From the NCBI GenBank assembly GCA_964588305.1, contig CAZPOP010000008.1, positions 12,145 through 76,144 of the forward strand: 64,000 nucleotides of DNA, read 5' to 3'. The notes beneath the pieces were generated by a model. That model made no database searches and was not told where the DNA came from. It saw only the letters and a list, made by a program, of their open reading frames with translations. Below, in pieces: positions 55,199-64,000 of the stretch. Made by a program: the position numbers and the translations under genes. Each line of letters begins with the position of its first letter. The stretch's first letter is position 1. Origin of the DNA: an uncultured Ignavibacteria bacterium (GTDB lineage Bacteria; Zixibacteria; MSB-5A5; SM1-73).

Positions 55199-57658
55199 AT
55201 GAAGATGTCTAAGAAAACGGATTTCGAAGAGGTTCCCATAGAGAAACTGCGATGGAGATGTGATCCGGAGAGTCTGAAGCTTGCTTCGACTGATGACGTG
55301 GAGCCCTGCGACTGGATCATTGGGCAGGATCGGGCGGTGAAGGCCATCAAACTGGGCCTGGACATAGAAAGCGTTGGGTATAACATCTTCGTGGCCGGCT
55401 TTGTGGGCACCGGAAGATTGACCACCATCAAGCTGTTTTTGGAAAAACTGGCGAAAAAGAAAAAGCGTCCGGACGACAAGTGCTACGTTAACAACTTCAA
55501 AAACCCCGACATGCCCAGGATCGTAAGTTTGTCTGCGGGTCAGGGCAGGGCGTTCAAACGGGAGATGGAGAATCTGATCCTCTCGCTCAAGAAAAACATC
55601 CCCGCGGTGTTCGAAAGTGAGCAGTATCAGGAGAGGAGGAGCGAGCTGGTAAAAGAGTCCGAAGATGGTCAAAAAGCCATTCTGCAGGAATTCGACGACC
55701 AGGTGAAAAAAGAGGGTTTCGCTGTGGTTCAGCTCAAGATGGGTCCTTTCGTCAAGCCGGATATCCAGCCTTTGGTCGACGGCAAGCCCACCAGCCTTAC
55801 CAGACTGGAGAAACAAGTGAAGGAGGGCAAGTTCCCCGAGGAGCAATTCAAAGCCCTCGGGGCGAAGTACTTGGCCTTAGGGAAGCTGATGGATGATGTG
55901 TTCAAGGAAGGGAAGGAAATAGTGAAAGAGTTTGAAAAGGCGCTTCAGACTTTGGATCAGGAGATTATCTTCCCTCTGATACGGGAGTCGGTCAAGGAAA
56001 TAAAAGTCAAATATGAAAATGAAAAGATTCAAAACTATTTGCAGGAGGTGGAAGAAAGTCTGATCGACAACCTGGACAGATTCAGGCGGCAAAAGGAGGA
56101 GCCTCCCCCGGTGCCCATCCTTGGACCGCCTCCGGGCAAAGGTGAAGATGATTTCTTGGAGTACCAGGTCAACGTGCTTGTGGACAACTCGGAAACCAAG
56201 AGGGCTCCGGTAGTAATAGAGACCACTCCCTCCTATAGAAACCTCTTTGGTACAATTGAAAGAACTTCGGATAGGCTGGGGATGTGGAAGACCGATTTCA
56301 CGAAGATCAAAGCTGGTTCACTTCTGCGGGCCAATGGAGGTTACCTGGTGGTCAATGCGCTGGATGCCCTGGTAGAACCTGGGGTCTGGCCAGCTCTCAA
56401 ACGTACCCTTCGGCACGGGGTAATTGAGATTCAAGCCTTTGATCCTTTCTATTTCATGGGTACCTCTGCTTTGAAGCCAGAGCCGGTCGATCTAGAAGTG
56501 AAAGTGGTCATGATCGGAGACAGTTTCTTATACCATTTGCTCTATTACCGGGACGCGGATTTCAAAAAGATATTCAAGGTGAAAGCCGACTTCGACTCGG
56601 TCATGCCCAAGGACGAGACCAACGTTCATCAATATGCTTGTTTCATGAAGAAGATATGCGACGATGACAAGCTCTTGCCCTTCGACAAAGGTGGAGTGGG
56701 CGCGGTGGTGGAGTATGGGGTCAGGGTCGCCGGCAAACAGAAAAAGTTGTCGACCAGATTCACCATAATAGCGGATCTGGTCCGGGAGGCAAGTTATTGG
56801 GCAAGCAATGCCAAGAGCAAACAGGTGACGCGGGAGCACGTGGAAAAGGCCATTGATGAGTGGATAGAAAGGGTCAGCCTGCCCGAGGATAAGATTCAGG
56901 AGATGATCGAAGAGGGCATCATTATGATAGATTCGCAAGGAGAGGTTGTGGGACAGATAAATGGGCTCTCGGTGTACGATTTGGGGGAATACGCTTTTGG
57001 GAAGCCCACCCGAATCACTGCCCGTACCTCCATGGGAAGAGCCGGGGTGATAAATATCGAAAGGGAAGCTGATCTGAGTGGACGAACCCACAACAAGGGA
57101 GTTTTGATTTTAGCAGGGTACCTGAGAGGTAAATACGCGCAGCAGAAGCCTCTGACTATGAGCGCCAGCTTGTGCTTTGAGCAGTCTTATTCGGGCGTGG
57201 AAGGAGACAGTGCCTCATCTACCGAAGTATACGCCATTCTCTCCAGCTTGTCAGGACTTCCCTTGAGGCAGGATGTTGCCGTTACCGGTTCCATAAATCA
57301 AAAGGGAGAAATCCAGCCGATTGGCGGGGTGAATGAAAAGATCGAGGGTTTCTATGAGGTGTGTAAAGCCAAGGGTTTGACCGGAACTCAGGGAGTGATA
57401 ATTCCCCATCAGAATGTGGATGGTCTGATGCTAAAAAGAGAGTTGGTGGAGGCAGTAAAGGAGGGTAAATTCCGCATCTTCCCGGTTAAAACGGTCGATC
57501 AAGGTATAGAGATTCTTGGCGGAGTAAAAGCGGGTGAAAGAAAAGAGGATGGAGCTTTCGAAGAAGAAAGCGTGAACTTTCTGGTGGACAGACAACTCAG
57601 GGCATACGCCGAAGGATGGAAGGAGTTTGCACGGGGAGAGATGCCCCCCGAGAAATGA
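55199..57658 (+). CDS. Lon-like protease (LonC / AAA_32-type, S16)
   Basis: IIGQDRA, GSLLRANGGYL, GQINGLSV and the Ser-Lys dyad in GDSAS...GGVNEK; degenerate Walker A GTGRLT. Confidence 0.92.
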   Translation: MKMSKKTDFEEVPIEKLRWRCDPESLKLASTDDVEPCDWIIGQDRAVKAIKLGLDIESVGYNIFVAGFVGTGRLTTIKLFLEKLAKKKKRPDDKCYVNNFKNPDMPRIVSLSAGQGRAFKREMENLILSLKKNIPAVFESEQYQERRSELVKESEDGQKAILQEFDDQVKKEGFAVVQLKMGPFVKPDIQPLVDGKPTSLTRLEKQVKEGKFPEEQFKALGAKYLALGKLMDDVFKEGKEIVKEFEKALQTLDQEIIFPLIRESVKEIKVKYENEKIQNYLQEVEESLIDNLDRFRRQKEEPPPVPILGPPPGKGEDDFLEYQVNVLVDNSETKRAPVVIETTPSYRNLFGTIERTSDRLGMWKTDFTKIKAGSLLRANGGYLVVNALDALVEPGVWPALKRTLRHGVIEIQAFDPFYFMGTSALKPEPVDLEVKVVMIGDSFLYHLLYYRDADFKKIFKVKADFDSVMPKDETNVHQYACFMKKICDDDKLLPFDKGGVGAVVEYGVRVAGKQKKLSTRFTIIADLVREASYWASNAKSKQVTREHVEKAIDEWIERVSLPEDKIQEMIEEGIIMIDSQGEVVGQINGLSVYDLGEYAFGKPTRITARTSMGRAGVINIEREADLSGRTHNKGVLILAGYLRGKYAQQKPLTMSASLCFEQSYSGVEGDSASSTEVYAILSSLSGLPLRQDVAVTGSINQKGEIQPIGGVNEKIEGFYEVCKAKGLTGTQGVIIPHQNVDGLMLKRELVEAVKEGKFRIFPVKTVDQGIEILGGVKAGERKEDGAFEEESVNFLVDRQLRAYAEGWKEFARGEMPPEK

Positions 57659-57733
57659 AACGATCCGCTTCGTGCGTTATAAACGCAAGACGAAATGGTT
57701 TAGCTCACCCCCTGTTTCCCCCTCTCCACAAAC

Positions 57734-57859
57734 AGGGTGTCTCATAATCATGTTTTGACTTTGTAGCCGCCCATATGGGCGTAAGCTGTCGGAATTCAAC
57801 AAATGGTTTTCGCAGACTAAAGTCTGCGCCTACAAAAAACCGAATTATGACACCGTCTC
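57734..57859. mobile_element. MITE-like element (about 125 bp) with imperfect terminal inverted repeats and internal GTAG-REP hairpins
   Basis: Left end AGGGTGTCTCATAAT, right end ATTATGACACCGTCTC; internal GTAGCCGCCCATATGGGCG and CGCAGACTAAAGTCTGCG-CCTAC; flanked by CCCCTCTC...AGAGAGGGG half-palindromes. Confidence 0.55.
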
Positions 57860-57895
57860 AAAGTAGAGAGGGGCACAGCAGGGAGGGGTTCTTTA

Positions 57896-58438
57896 TCAAC
57901 ACCCTGGCGGCGACGTGCCAAGAAACAGATAGTTGATGATTAATAGGACATCTGCAACGTCGACTATCCCATCGCAGGTGGCATCTCCGGCTTCCATGGG
58001 GCAGGGCGCAGATGTACCGAGGAAGAGATAGTTTATCAGATATAGAACGTCGGCCACGTCGATCAGTCCATCCCCGGTGGCATCTCCATGCATAACATAG
58101 GATGCATGAGCATAGCCTGCCTGCACCACGTAGTTGTCGCTTTGTGAGATTCCGCCGGCTGACGGTTGACCTCCGGAGTTGACCGGAATCCTGTAATTAT
58201 CCGATTCTGATTCTCCTCCAAAGCCGTCGAGAACATCTGTCACCAGCAGGTATCCTTGCTTGGAGCCAGTTCGCGCCGATGTCCGCGGAATGTTTGCCGG
58301 GGTTGGCCTGATTTCAGTCGCCGCCTTCGGCTTGATTTTCGCCGGCTGGACTTGCTTATCTGATTCCGCTTGCACCACCACTCCCGCAAATAGCGCCACA
58401 GCCACAATAAATATCATTCCCAATTTGATTTTATTCAT
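57896..58438 (-). CDS. Small secreted protein with a Gly/Ser-rich beta module and C-terminal dockerin type I-like repeats
   Basis: Signal peptide; GGESESDNY..GQP..G.SQSDNY...GY; duplicated GDATxDGxxDVADVLxxINYLFLG. ATG 58438 follows AAGGAG. Confidence 0.85.
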   Translation of the reverse strand: MNKIKLGMIFIVAVALFAGVVVQAESDKQVQPAKIKPKAATEIRPTPANIPRTSARTGSKQGYLLVTDVLDGFGGESESDNYRIPVNSGGQPSAGGISQSDNYVVQAGYAHASYVMHGDATGDGLIDVADVLYLINYLFLGTSAPCPMEAGDATCDGIVDVADVLLIINYLFLGTSPPGC

Positions 58439-58467
58439 TTCAGCTTTCTCCTTTTGCAGGTGGCAGT

Positions 58468-59616
58468 TCATTTTGTAACCCAGGCACCGTTTTCATAGAA
58501 GTTGAACTGGTTCGTAGTTGTATTATAAATAATCATACCATTCACCGCGGTTAGGGTGTCTCTTTGGGCAGTGGTCATCCTCGGCACGATGAATGCCCCT
58601 GTACTTGAGCTAACGTCCAATGCTCCTTGGGGACTCGTCGTCCCGATGCCGACATTGCCATCTTCTGTGATAATTACCCTATTCTCCGGTGTTGATGAAC
58701 CGGATGGCGTAGTCATGAACCGCAGGTCGGCGCCGGCACTGCCTGGAGCCCACTCTTCTACTGCTGACGCTTTTATCTGTGCACCCACCTGATTGTCCCC
58801 GTCTGCTCCATAGAACTTAATCTCACCCAAAGCGTCGCCAGACTCAATAGTCATATCAGGATTGGTAATTGCCAACTTGCCGCCGCCTGGGTAGGCTGCG
58901 ATATCTAGGTTTTCCCTCGGCGATGTCCCGATGCCGACCTTTCCACCCCCTGGGAGAAGATAAATCTCGCCGTCGACTGTGAAGGCTGCACGAGTCACAG
59001 ATCCATACGGGTTCCTTTGAAGAATCTGCAAATTCTGGTTATCAACGCGATTTGACCCCACGAACCAGGTAGTATCCCTGCCGTGATCAAAGCATACATA
59101 GACACTTTGATCCCCCTTGAGATGCAATTTTGCAGCCGGATCCGACGTTCCAATACCGACATAATCCGTACTGGTCTCCAGTCTAACAACTGTACCGTCA
59201 TCAACCCAGCCCGATCCCGGACCGCCATCTACGGCCCCCGCCCGGTAAGCATAAGCCACACTCACCATCGGCTTCAAAGGTCTCATCTCATCATCAGATT
59301 CTACCTGAACGCCCAGGTATTTGATGTTTCCATCAAAGACCGTATCAGGTATAGGATTTACACTGCCCAAAAGAACATTGAAGATTCCCTCCTTTACTAT
59401 CACACTATCTTGGTCCTCAGTCCAATCTTGAACCGTACCCTGATCGTCAGAATAGATGGTAAAGGTCATAGAGACCGTGTCATTAAGACAACCACCTTGT
59501 GCGGTGGTCAGCTTCCCCTGATAATTGATCATGTGGGGGACGTCAGCAGATGAAATACAACAAAGGAAAAACACTACTGTCCCCATCACCAGAAAAACAA
59601 AACTTGTGCGTGCCAT
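58468..59616 (-). CDS. Secreted fibre-like protein (INYQGKL N-terminal domain, VGIGT repeats)
   Basis: Signal peptide; PHMINYQGKL..GIFNVLLG..YLGVQV..SVAYAY; three VGIGT repeats; C-terminal PRMTTAQRD..GMIIYNTT. ATG 59616 follows AAAGGAG. Confidence 0.8.
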   Translation of the reverse strand: MARTSFVFLVMGTVVFFLCCISSADVPHMINYQGKLTTAQGGCLNDTVSMTFTIYSDDQGTVQDWTEDQDSVIVKEGIFNVLLGSVNPIPDTVFDGNIKYLGVQVESDDEMRPLKPMVSVAYAYRAGAVDGGPGSGWVDDGTVVRLETSTDYVGIGTSDPAAKLHLKGDQSVYVCFDHGRDTTWFVGSNRVDNQNLQILQRNPYGSVTRAAFTVDGEIYLLPGGGKVGIGTSPRENLDIAAYPGGGKLAITNPDMTIESGDALGEIKFYGADGDNQVGAQIKASAVEEWAPGSAGADLRFMTTPSGSSTPENRVIITEDGNVGIGTTSPQGALDVSSSTGAFIVPRMTTAQRDTLTAVNGMIIYNTTTNQFNFYENGAWVTK

Positions 59617-60415
59617 CACGCAACTCCTTTCATTTGAAGGTTCAATTGCTCTAGGAGTGCGAAAGCTTGTCCCAAGATCCCGCTTTGCGGGGCTTTCGCG
59701 ATTTCCTTTTGAGTCTCTCCCAGAGAACCGCACCAGCAAGCTGGTGCACTCCTGTTCGAACAGAACATTCCCCTCTCTAGAATCTTATGACCGATTTTGG
59801 TGTCTTTTGCACCTCCTTGGAAAGAGGATTAAATGCCTGTACCGATTTGTGGAAAGCAAGCTTGGCTGCACGGTGAGTAGAGAGACAAAAAAGCCTGTAC
59901 GTTATTTTGAGATTTTCAAGTAAAACAGTTGACGTTGAATTCAGAACTCCCGCAATGCTCCCTCAGTCCACCTAGCCCCTCAGAGCACATCTATGACGAA
60001 ACTTCAGGCAAGTAACAAGATAGCCCGAAGAGCACTTAAGTCGTGGCGCGGTTCGAAAGTCAGAGTCACTCTGCAAATACATGGCTGTGTGTAACATAGA
60101 AAAAGATCGAAATAAGTCAAGGAAAAAGCGCAGTTATTGTGGATCTTTCACCCATACCAAAGCGCTGAAAATCCCAGAAACCTGCGATCCTCGCGGCAGG
60201 GGAGAGGCTCTTCAGAAAACTGTGGTTTTATTATTGCATTCGAAGTGGGAATCTGGTATTATGGAAACAGACGAATGATGAGAAAACATACAGACCTTCA
60301 TATTGAGTGGTTCCCACCTTGGGAGTTGTTCGCGACAGAAAAGACGTGGTATTGATTGATGCGACCGATTAATCGCACGCTGACAGTCAAATTCCTCAAA
60401 CAAAGGAGTGAAGTC

Positions 60416-61810
60416 ATGAGACGGTTTCAGAAATTTGCGTTTTTGGTGTTGATTCTTCTTATGGGCAGTTCGGTTATGACCGCGGGTAAATCCGAAAGGG
60501 AGGGCGGCCTGACTCCCGACATTATCGGGGAGGTTCGCCAATCTTTCAAGATGGATACTTCAACCCGCGCGCTGATGAATGCCCTAACAAATAATGAGAT
60601 CAAGAAGCTCGCGTTAAACCGCGAGATGTACGTGTCCCACGACAAACTGTTCAACCACAAGATCAAAACCAAGGGGATGACCAACCAGAAGAAGAGCGGC
60701 CGCTGCTGGCTGTTTGCCGGGCTGAATACCATGCGGCCTAAGGTGATCGAAAAGTACAACTTGAAGGAATTTGAGTTCTCCCAGCCCTATCTTTTCTTCT
60801 GGGACAAGTTCGAGAAGGCTAACACCTTCCTGGAGCTCATCATTGAGACGCGTGACCGCGATCATCTGGATAGAGAACTCCAGATGATACTGGAGAATCC
60901 GTTTCCCGATGGGGGCTATTGGATCTATGTGGTGGAGCTGATAGAGAAGTATGGGGCTGTGCCCAAAAGCGTGATGCCGGAGAGTGAGCAGACCAGCAGC
61001 ACCGGAATGATGGATCGGCTGATCAGCCGCAAACTTCGTCAGGATGCGGCGATCTTAAGAGAGATGAGCCAGAATGGGGCAGCACTTTCCGAATTGAGAG
61101 GTCGCAAAGTGGAGATGCTAAAGGATATCTACCGAATGCTGATACTTCACTTTGGAGTGCCGCCCACGGAATTTCAGTGGCGGTATGAAAGCAAGGATTC
61201 AGTTATCAGCGAAGTCAAGACATACACCCCGAGAAGTTTCTTCGAGGAGGTTGTGGACGTTGATCTCAGAGAGTATGTGCCCATCTACAATCACACCTTG
61301 CGCCCTTACAACAAACTTTATCGAATGTATCTGAGCCGAAACATTTATGACCGTCCGGATAACATTATCGTTAACCTCGACATCCAACAGATGAGGGAGG
61401 TTGCCTTAAAGCAGCTCTTGGACAACCAGCCGGTCTATTTTGCCTGCGACGTGAGTAAAGAGGACAACTACGAGCACGGCATCATGTCTCCCAAAATCTA
61501 CGATTACGAAGCCCTTTACGGGTTGGACTTCTCGATGACCAAAGCAGATAAATTCCGCTACCGGGAAAGCTATTCCACACACGCCATGGTATTCGTGGGG
61601 GTGGACACCGTGAAAGGAAAGCCGACCAAGTGGCTGGTGGAAAACAGCTGGGGTGATGAGAGGGGTGATGAGGGATACTGGACCATGTATGATGGATGGT
61701 TCGATGAATATGTCTACAAGGTGATCATCAATAAAAAGTATTTGCCCAAATGGGTGTTGGATATTCTGAAAACAGAGCCGACCGTGCTCCCGCCGTGGGA
61801 CCCGATGTGA
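60416..61810 (+). CDS. Aminopeptidase C / bleomycin hydrolase family (C1B), exported
   Basis: NQKKSGRCWLFA (catalytic Cys), FWDKFEKAN, THAM, VENSWG and C-terminal LPPWDPM; signal peptide. Confidence 0.93.
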   Translation: MRRFQKFAFLVLILLMGSSVMTAGKSEREGGLTPDIIGEVRQSFKMDTSTRALMNALTNNEIKKLALNREMYVSHDKLFNHKIKTKGMTNQKKSGRCWLFAGLNTMRPKVIEKYNLKEFEFSQPYLFFWDKFEKANTFLELIIETRDRDHLDRELQMILENPFPDGGYWIYVVELIEKYGAVPKSVMPESEQTSSTGMMDRLISRKLRQDAAILREMSQNGAALSELRGRKVEMLKDIYRMLILHFGVPPTEFQWRYESKDSVISEVKTYTPRSFFEEVVDVDLREYVPIYNHTLRPYNKLYRMYLSRNIYDRPDNIIVNLDIQQMREVALKQLLDNQPVYFACDVSKEDNYEHGIMSPKIYDYEALYGLDFSMTKADKFRYRESYSTHAMVFVGVDTVKGKPTKWLVENSWGDERGDEGYWTMYDGWFDEYVYKVIINKKYLPKWVLDILKTEPTVLPPWDPM

Positions 61811-61925
61811 TCGGATTCTCTGTGTCTCAGGAAATCATTAGGATTCGAATTTTCGGACACGATTGGACGACGGAAGAAAATTCCGAGGGAATTCGATTTA
61901 TTGCCTGACTGCAAAGTCAAGAAGA

Positions 61926-62032
61926 AACGGATCTATCCAGGATAACGATTGAGGAGAATATACAGATCCGTCCATTCCCTTTTTTTTATTTTTGGGGACG
62001 GTTTGTTTTTTTGGGGACGACGGATCTGTTTT
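61926..62032. repeat. Short repeat/palindrome cluster
   Basis: ACGGATCT..AGATCCGT inverted pair, a further ACGGATCTGT copy, and tandem TTTTTGGGGACG units. Confidence 0.5.
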
Positions 62033-62485
62033 TTTAATTCGCTAAATGGGCAATCGTGGTAATTTGCTGTTCAAATTGGAAGCTGCGTTCATTGTTTGTG
62101 TCGGCAGACCGCCAAAAATCTTAACCGGATTTGGGAACTTTTTCAAGGAACTCTGCGGATTTCCAGTTTGAAAAAGAAGTGCTTTTGTCAGGAAAGTAAG
62201 CCCATGATGACGAAATCAAGGTTTAAGATTCCGCATTGTACAATCCAGGAACGCGGATTCCGGTTAGACATTGAAGATCAACCCTGCGAACATTTCTGGT
62301 GATACTCTTCGGACTTGTCCGAAGCATATTAGTGTTTCTGGTTTTAATTCCGTGGGCGCTGGTTGCTTCGACACAAATCATTGTAAGAAAGGAAAGAAAA
62401 CCTGATTTCCCACGATTTTCCCCTTGTGTGAGATTTCCCGCCGTATATATTTATAAGACGAGGAACAGCTTTTCGATGGTCCGAC

Positions 62486-63040
62486 ATGCAAAAGAGACTA
62501 CATCTGCGAAATAAAATAGTCGTGGTGCCCTTGGGGGAAGTAGACTATCTGCTGATAAACCGTCTAGCCTCTCGGTTGGTCTCCCATTTCAGCATCGGAG
62601 TGGATATTCTTCAAGGGTCAAGGCTTCCTCAAGAAGCATTGAGCGAACAACGGGGGCAGTATTATTCCACTGTAATATTGAGCAAATTGGAGATTCTGAA
62701 ATCTTCGCCCGGGGAGAAGATGTTGGGTGTGGCGGATGAAGACTTGTACATCCCCACCCAGAATTTCGTCTTTGGGGAGGCAGATCCGGTGGGGAATGTG
62801 GCGGTGATTTCGCTTTTTCGGCTCAAGCGTGAGAACTTCGAGTTGCTGGATGAAGAAAAGGTACTATTCTCTCGGGCCTTAAAGGAGTCCGTCCACCAAC
62901 TGGGGCATCTTTGGGGATTTGCGGACTGCCGAAACCCCAAGTGTGTGATGTACGTTCCGGACAGCGTGACGGACGTGGATAGAAAGGGAACCAAGTTCTG
63001 CGATAACTGCTTGAGAAGGGTCAAGGTTTGGAAGAAGTAA
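62486..63040 (+). CDS. Archaemetzincin (M54)-family protein with altered active site
   Basis: RGQY, DLY..NFVFGEA, AVIS..RL and KE.VHQLGH.WG..C....CVM...CDNC; the HExxH Glu is replaced by Gln. Confidence 0.88.
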   Translation: MQKRLHLRNKIVVVPLGEVDYLLINRLASRLVSHFSIGVDILQGSRLPQEALSEQRGQYYSTVILSKLEILKSSPGEKMLGVADEDLYIPTQNFVFGEADPVGNVAVISLFRLKRENFELLDEEKVLFSRALKESVHQLGHLWGFADCRNPKCVMYVPDSVTDVDRKGTKFCDNCLRRVKVWKK

Positions 63041-63089
63041 GTGGTTTTGCCCTCTGAGGCAACGCCATCCGCCCTGGCGGTGAGGGGTA

Positions 63090-63518
63090 CATAAGCTGAT
63101 TTACTCTATCGGATCATCCACCCGGCAGATCGAGGATTTCGTTTGTCTCTTGAGAAAATTCAGGATTGAAGTGCTGGCCGACGTAAGAAGATTTCCCCAA
63201 TTAAGATTCGATCATTTCACTCAAAAGAATCTTTCCTTACTGCTTGAAAACCGCGGAATAAGATATTTCTACTTAGGCGATACTCTGGGCGGATGTAGAA
63301 AGAAGGGATATGACGACCATACCCAAACCTTAGATTTCCCCGCGGGAATAGAGAGATTAAAAAAGATCGCGATTCAATTTGCTACGGCGGTCATGTGTGC
63401 AGAGAGATTCCCCTGGAGATGTCATCGAAGGTTGATTGCGCAGGATTTAGAGAGACAAGGATAGAGGGTGATCGAAATTTCAGATGAGGAGAGAACTTGG
63501 GAACCGAAAAAGAGGTAA
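63090..63518 (+). pseudogene. DUF488-family pseudogene
   Basis: Frame reads KLIYSIGSSTR...DVRRFP...LGG...MCAE..PWRCHR..G*RVIEI. The start codon appears lost (ACATAAG after GAGGGG), and an in-frame TAG lies at 63462-63464. Confidence 0.75.
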
Positions 63519-64000
63519 GGACCTTCAAGCCCGGCTATCTGCGAATCCATCGCAGCGGTGAGCTGGCCAAGAGGATTCAGGTTTTATGGGAAAGGTTGGA
63601 AAGTTGTGATATCTGTCCCCACAAGTGTTCTGTCAACAGGCTCGAGGGCGAAAAGGGAATTTGCAAGACCGGATCGAGAGCCGAGGTTTCCAGCTTTGGG
63701 CCGCACTTCGGAGAAGAGAGTCCTCTGGTGGGCAGGAACGGTTCCGGTACCATATTCTTCACCCACTGTAATCTGTACTGCATTTTCTGCCAGAATTATG
63801 ACATCAGCCACTTGGGACAAGGGCATCAGGTGGATGATGAGAGGATAGCTGACATGATGCTTTCCCTGCAGACCTTGGGATATCATAACATCAACTTCGT
63901 TACCCCCACTCACGTGATTCCACAGATTGTGAAGGCTTTACCAGGTGCGATAGAGAAGGGGCTCAATGTTCCTTTGGTTTACAACTCCGGGGGATATGAT
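63497..64000 (+). CDS. PflX-like radical SAM protein, partial
   Basis: Manual translation from TTG 63497 (GAGGAG RBS): CDICPHKCSVNR...PHFGEE...GSGTIFF.HCNLYCIFCQNYDIS...HNINFVTPTH...VYNSGGYD. Confidence 0.9.
   Translation, partial: MGTEKEVRTFKPGYLRIHRSGELAKRIQVLWERLESCDICPHKCSVNRLEGEKGICKTGSRAEVSSFGPHFGEESPLVGRNGSGTIFFTHCNLYCIFCQNYDISHLGQGHQVDDERIADMMLSLQTLGYHNINFVTPTHVIPQIVKALPGAIEKGLNVPLVYNSGGYD

Noticed and set aside
55199-57658. Degenerate Walker A in the Lon-like protease as a novelty
   Set aside because: Expected for LonC-type ATP-independent Lon-like proteases.
58468-59739. Prophage tail-fibre remnant
   Set aside because: The protein has a Sec signal peptide, and no phage structural, lysis or integration genes are nearby.
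59740-60350. Possible ncRNA or small gene in the long intergenic region
   Set aside because: No recognisable RNA family, strong structure or credible ORF was found.
63462-63464. Amber readthrough / pyrrolysine recoding in DUF488
   Set aside because: Other genes in the window use TAG as a normal stop, and this gene has additional lesions.
1-64000. CRISPR array, rRNA, transposase, retron/DGR or defence genes
   Set aside because: No repeat-spacer array, rRNA-like sequence, reverse transcriptase, transposase or defence-type motifs were recognised.

Overview
Bacterial chromosomal window, most likely from an FCB-superphylum organism. A Zixibacteria-like origin is inferred from the dockerin-type C-terminal domain, the PorV-family/T9SS-CTD/TonB-receptor locus and the GTAG-REP repeats; it is not demonstrated. 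The left third encodes two surface-appendage loci. One is a four-gene non-canonical chaperone-usher-like fimbrial cluster (2135-7324, +). The other is an 11-gene MSHA-like type IV pilus cluster (8565-20575, -) containing an extra multi-pass membrane protein. Each is preceded by a near-perfect sigma-28 (FliA-type) promoter and has a strong hairpin after its major subunit gene. Next come tRNA-Arg(ACG), an lsrF/Zn-dehydrogenase module, two S9 peptidases and housekeeping genes (TrmH-family, ilvC, lptG/lptF, YhaM-like, mreB). These are followed by a TonB receptor + T9SS-CTD cargo + PorV-family triad, an LTA-synthase-family gene, lepB and an 11-heme cytochrome c/cytochrome b fusion (CbcL-like). The right end holds rseP, dxr, pfkA, a LonC-like protease, a secreted fibre + dockerin-adaptor pair, a secreted C1B aminopeptidase, a catalytically altered archaemetzincin and a partial PflX-like radical SAM gene. 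Two pseudogene remnants and several nested REP/MITE-like repeats are present. No CRISPR array, rRNA, integrase or transposase was seen. All family assignments come from motif recognition by eye; no database search was run.
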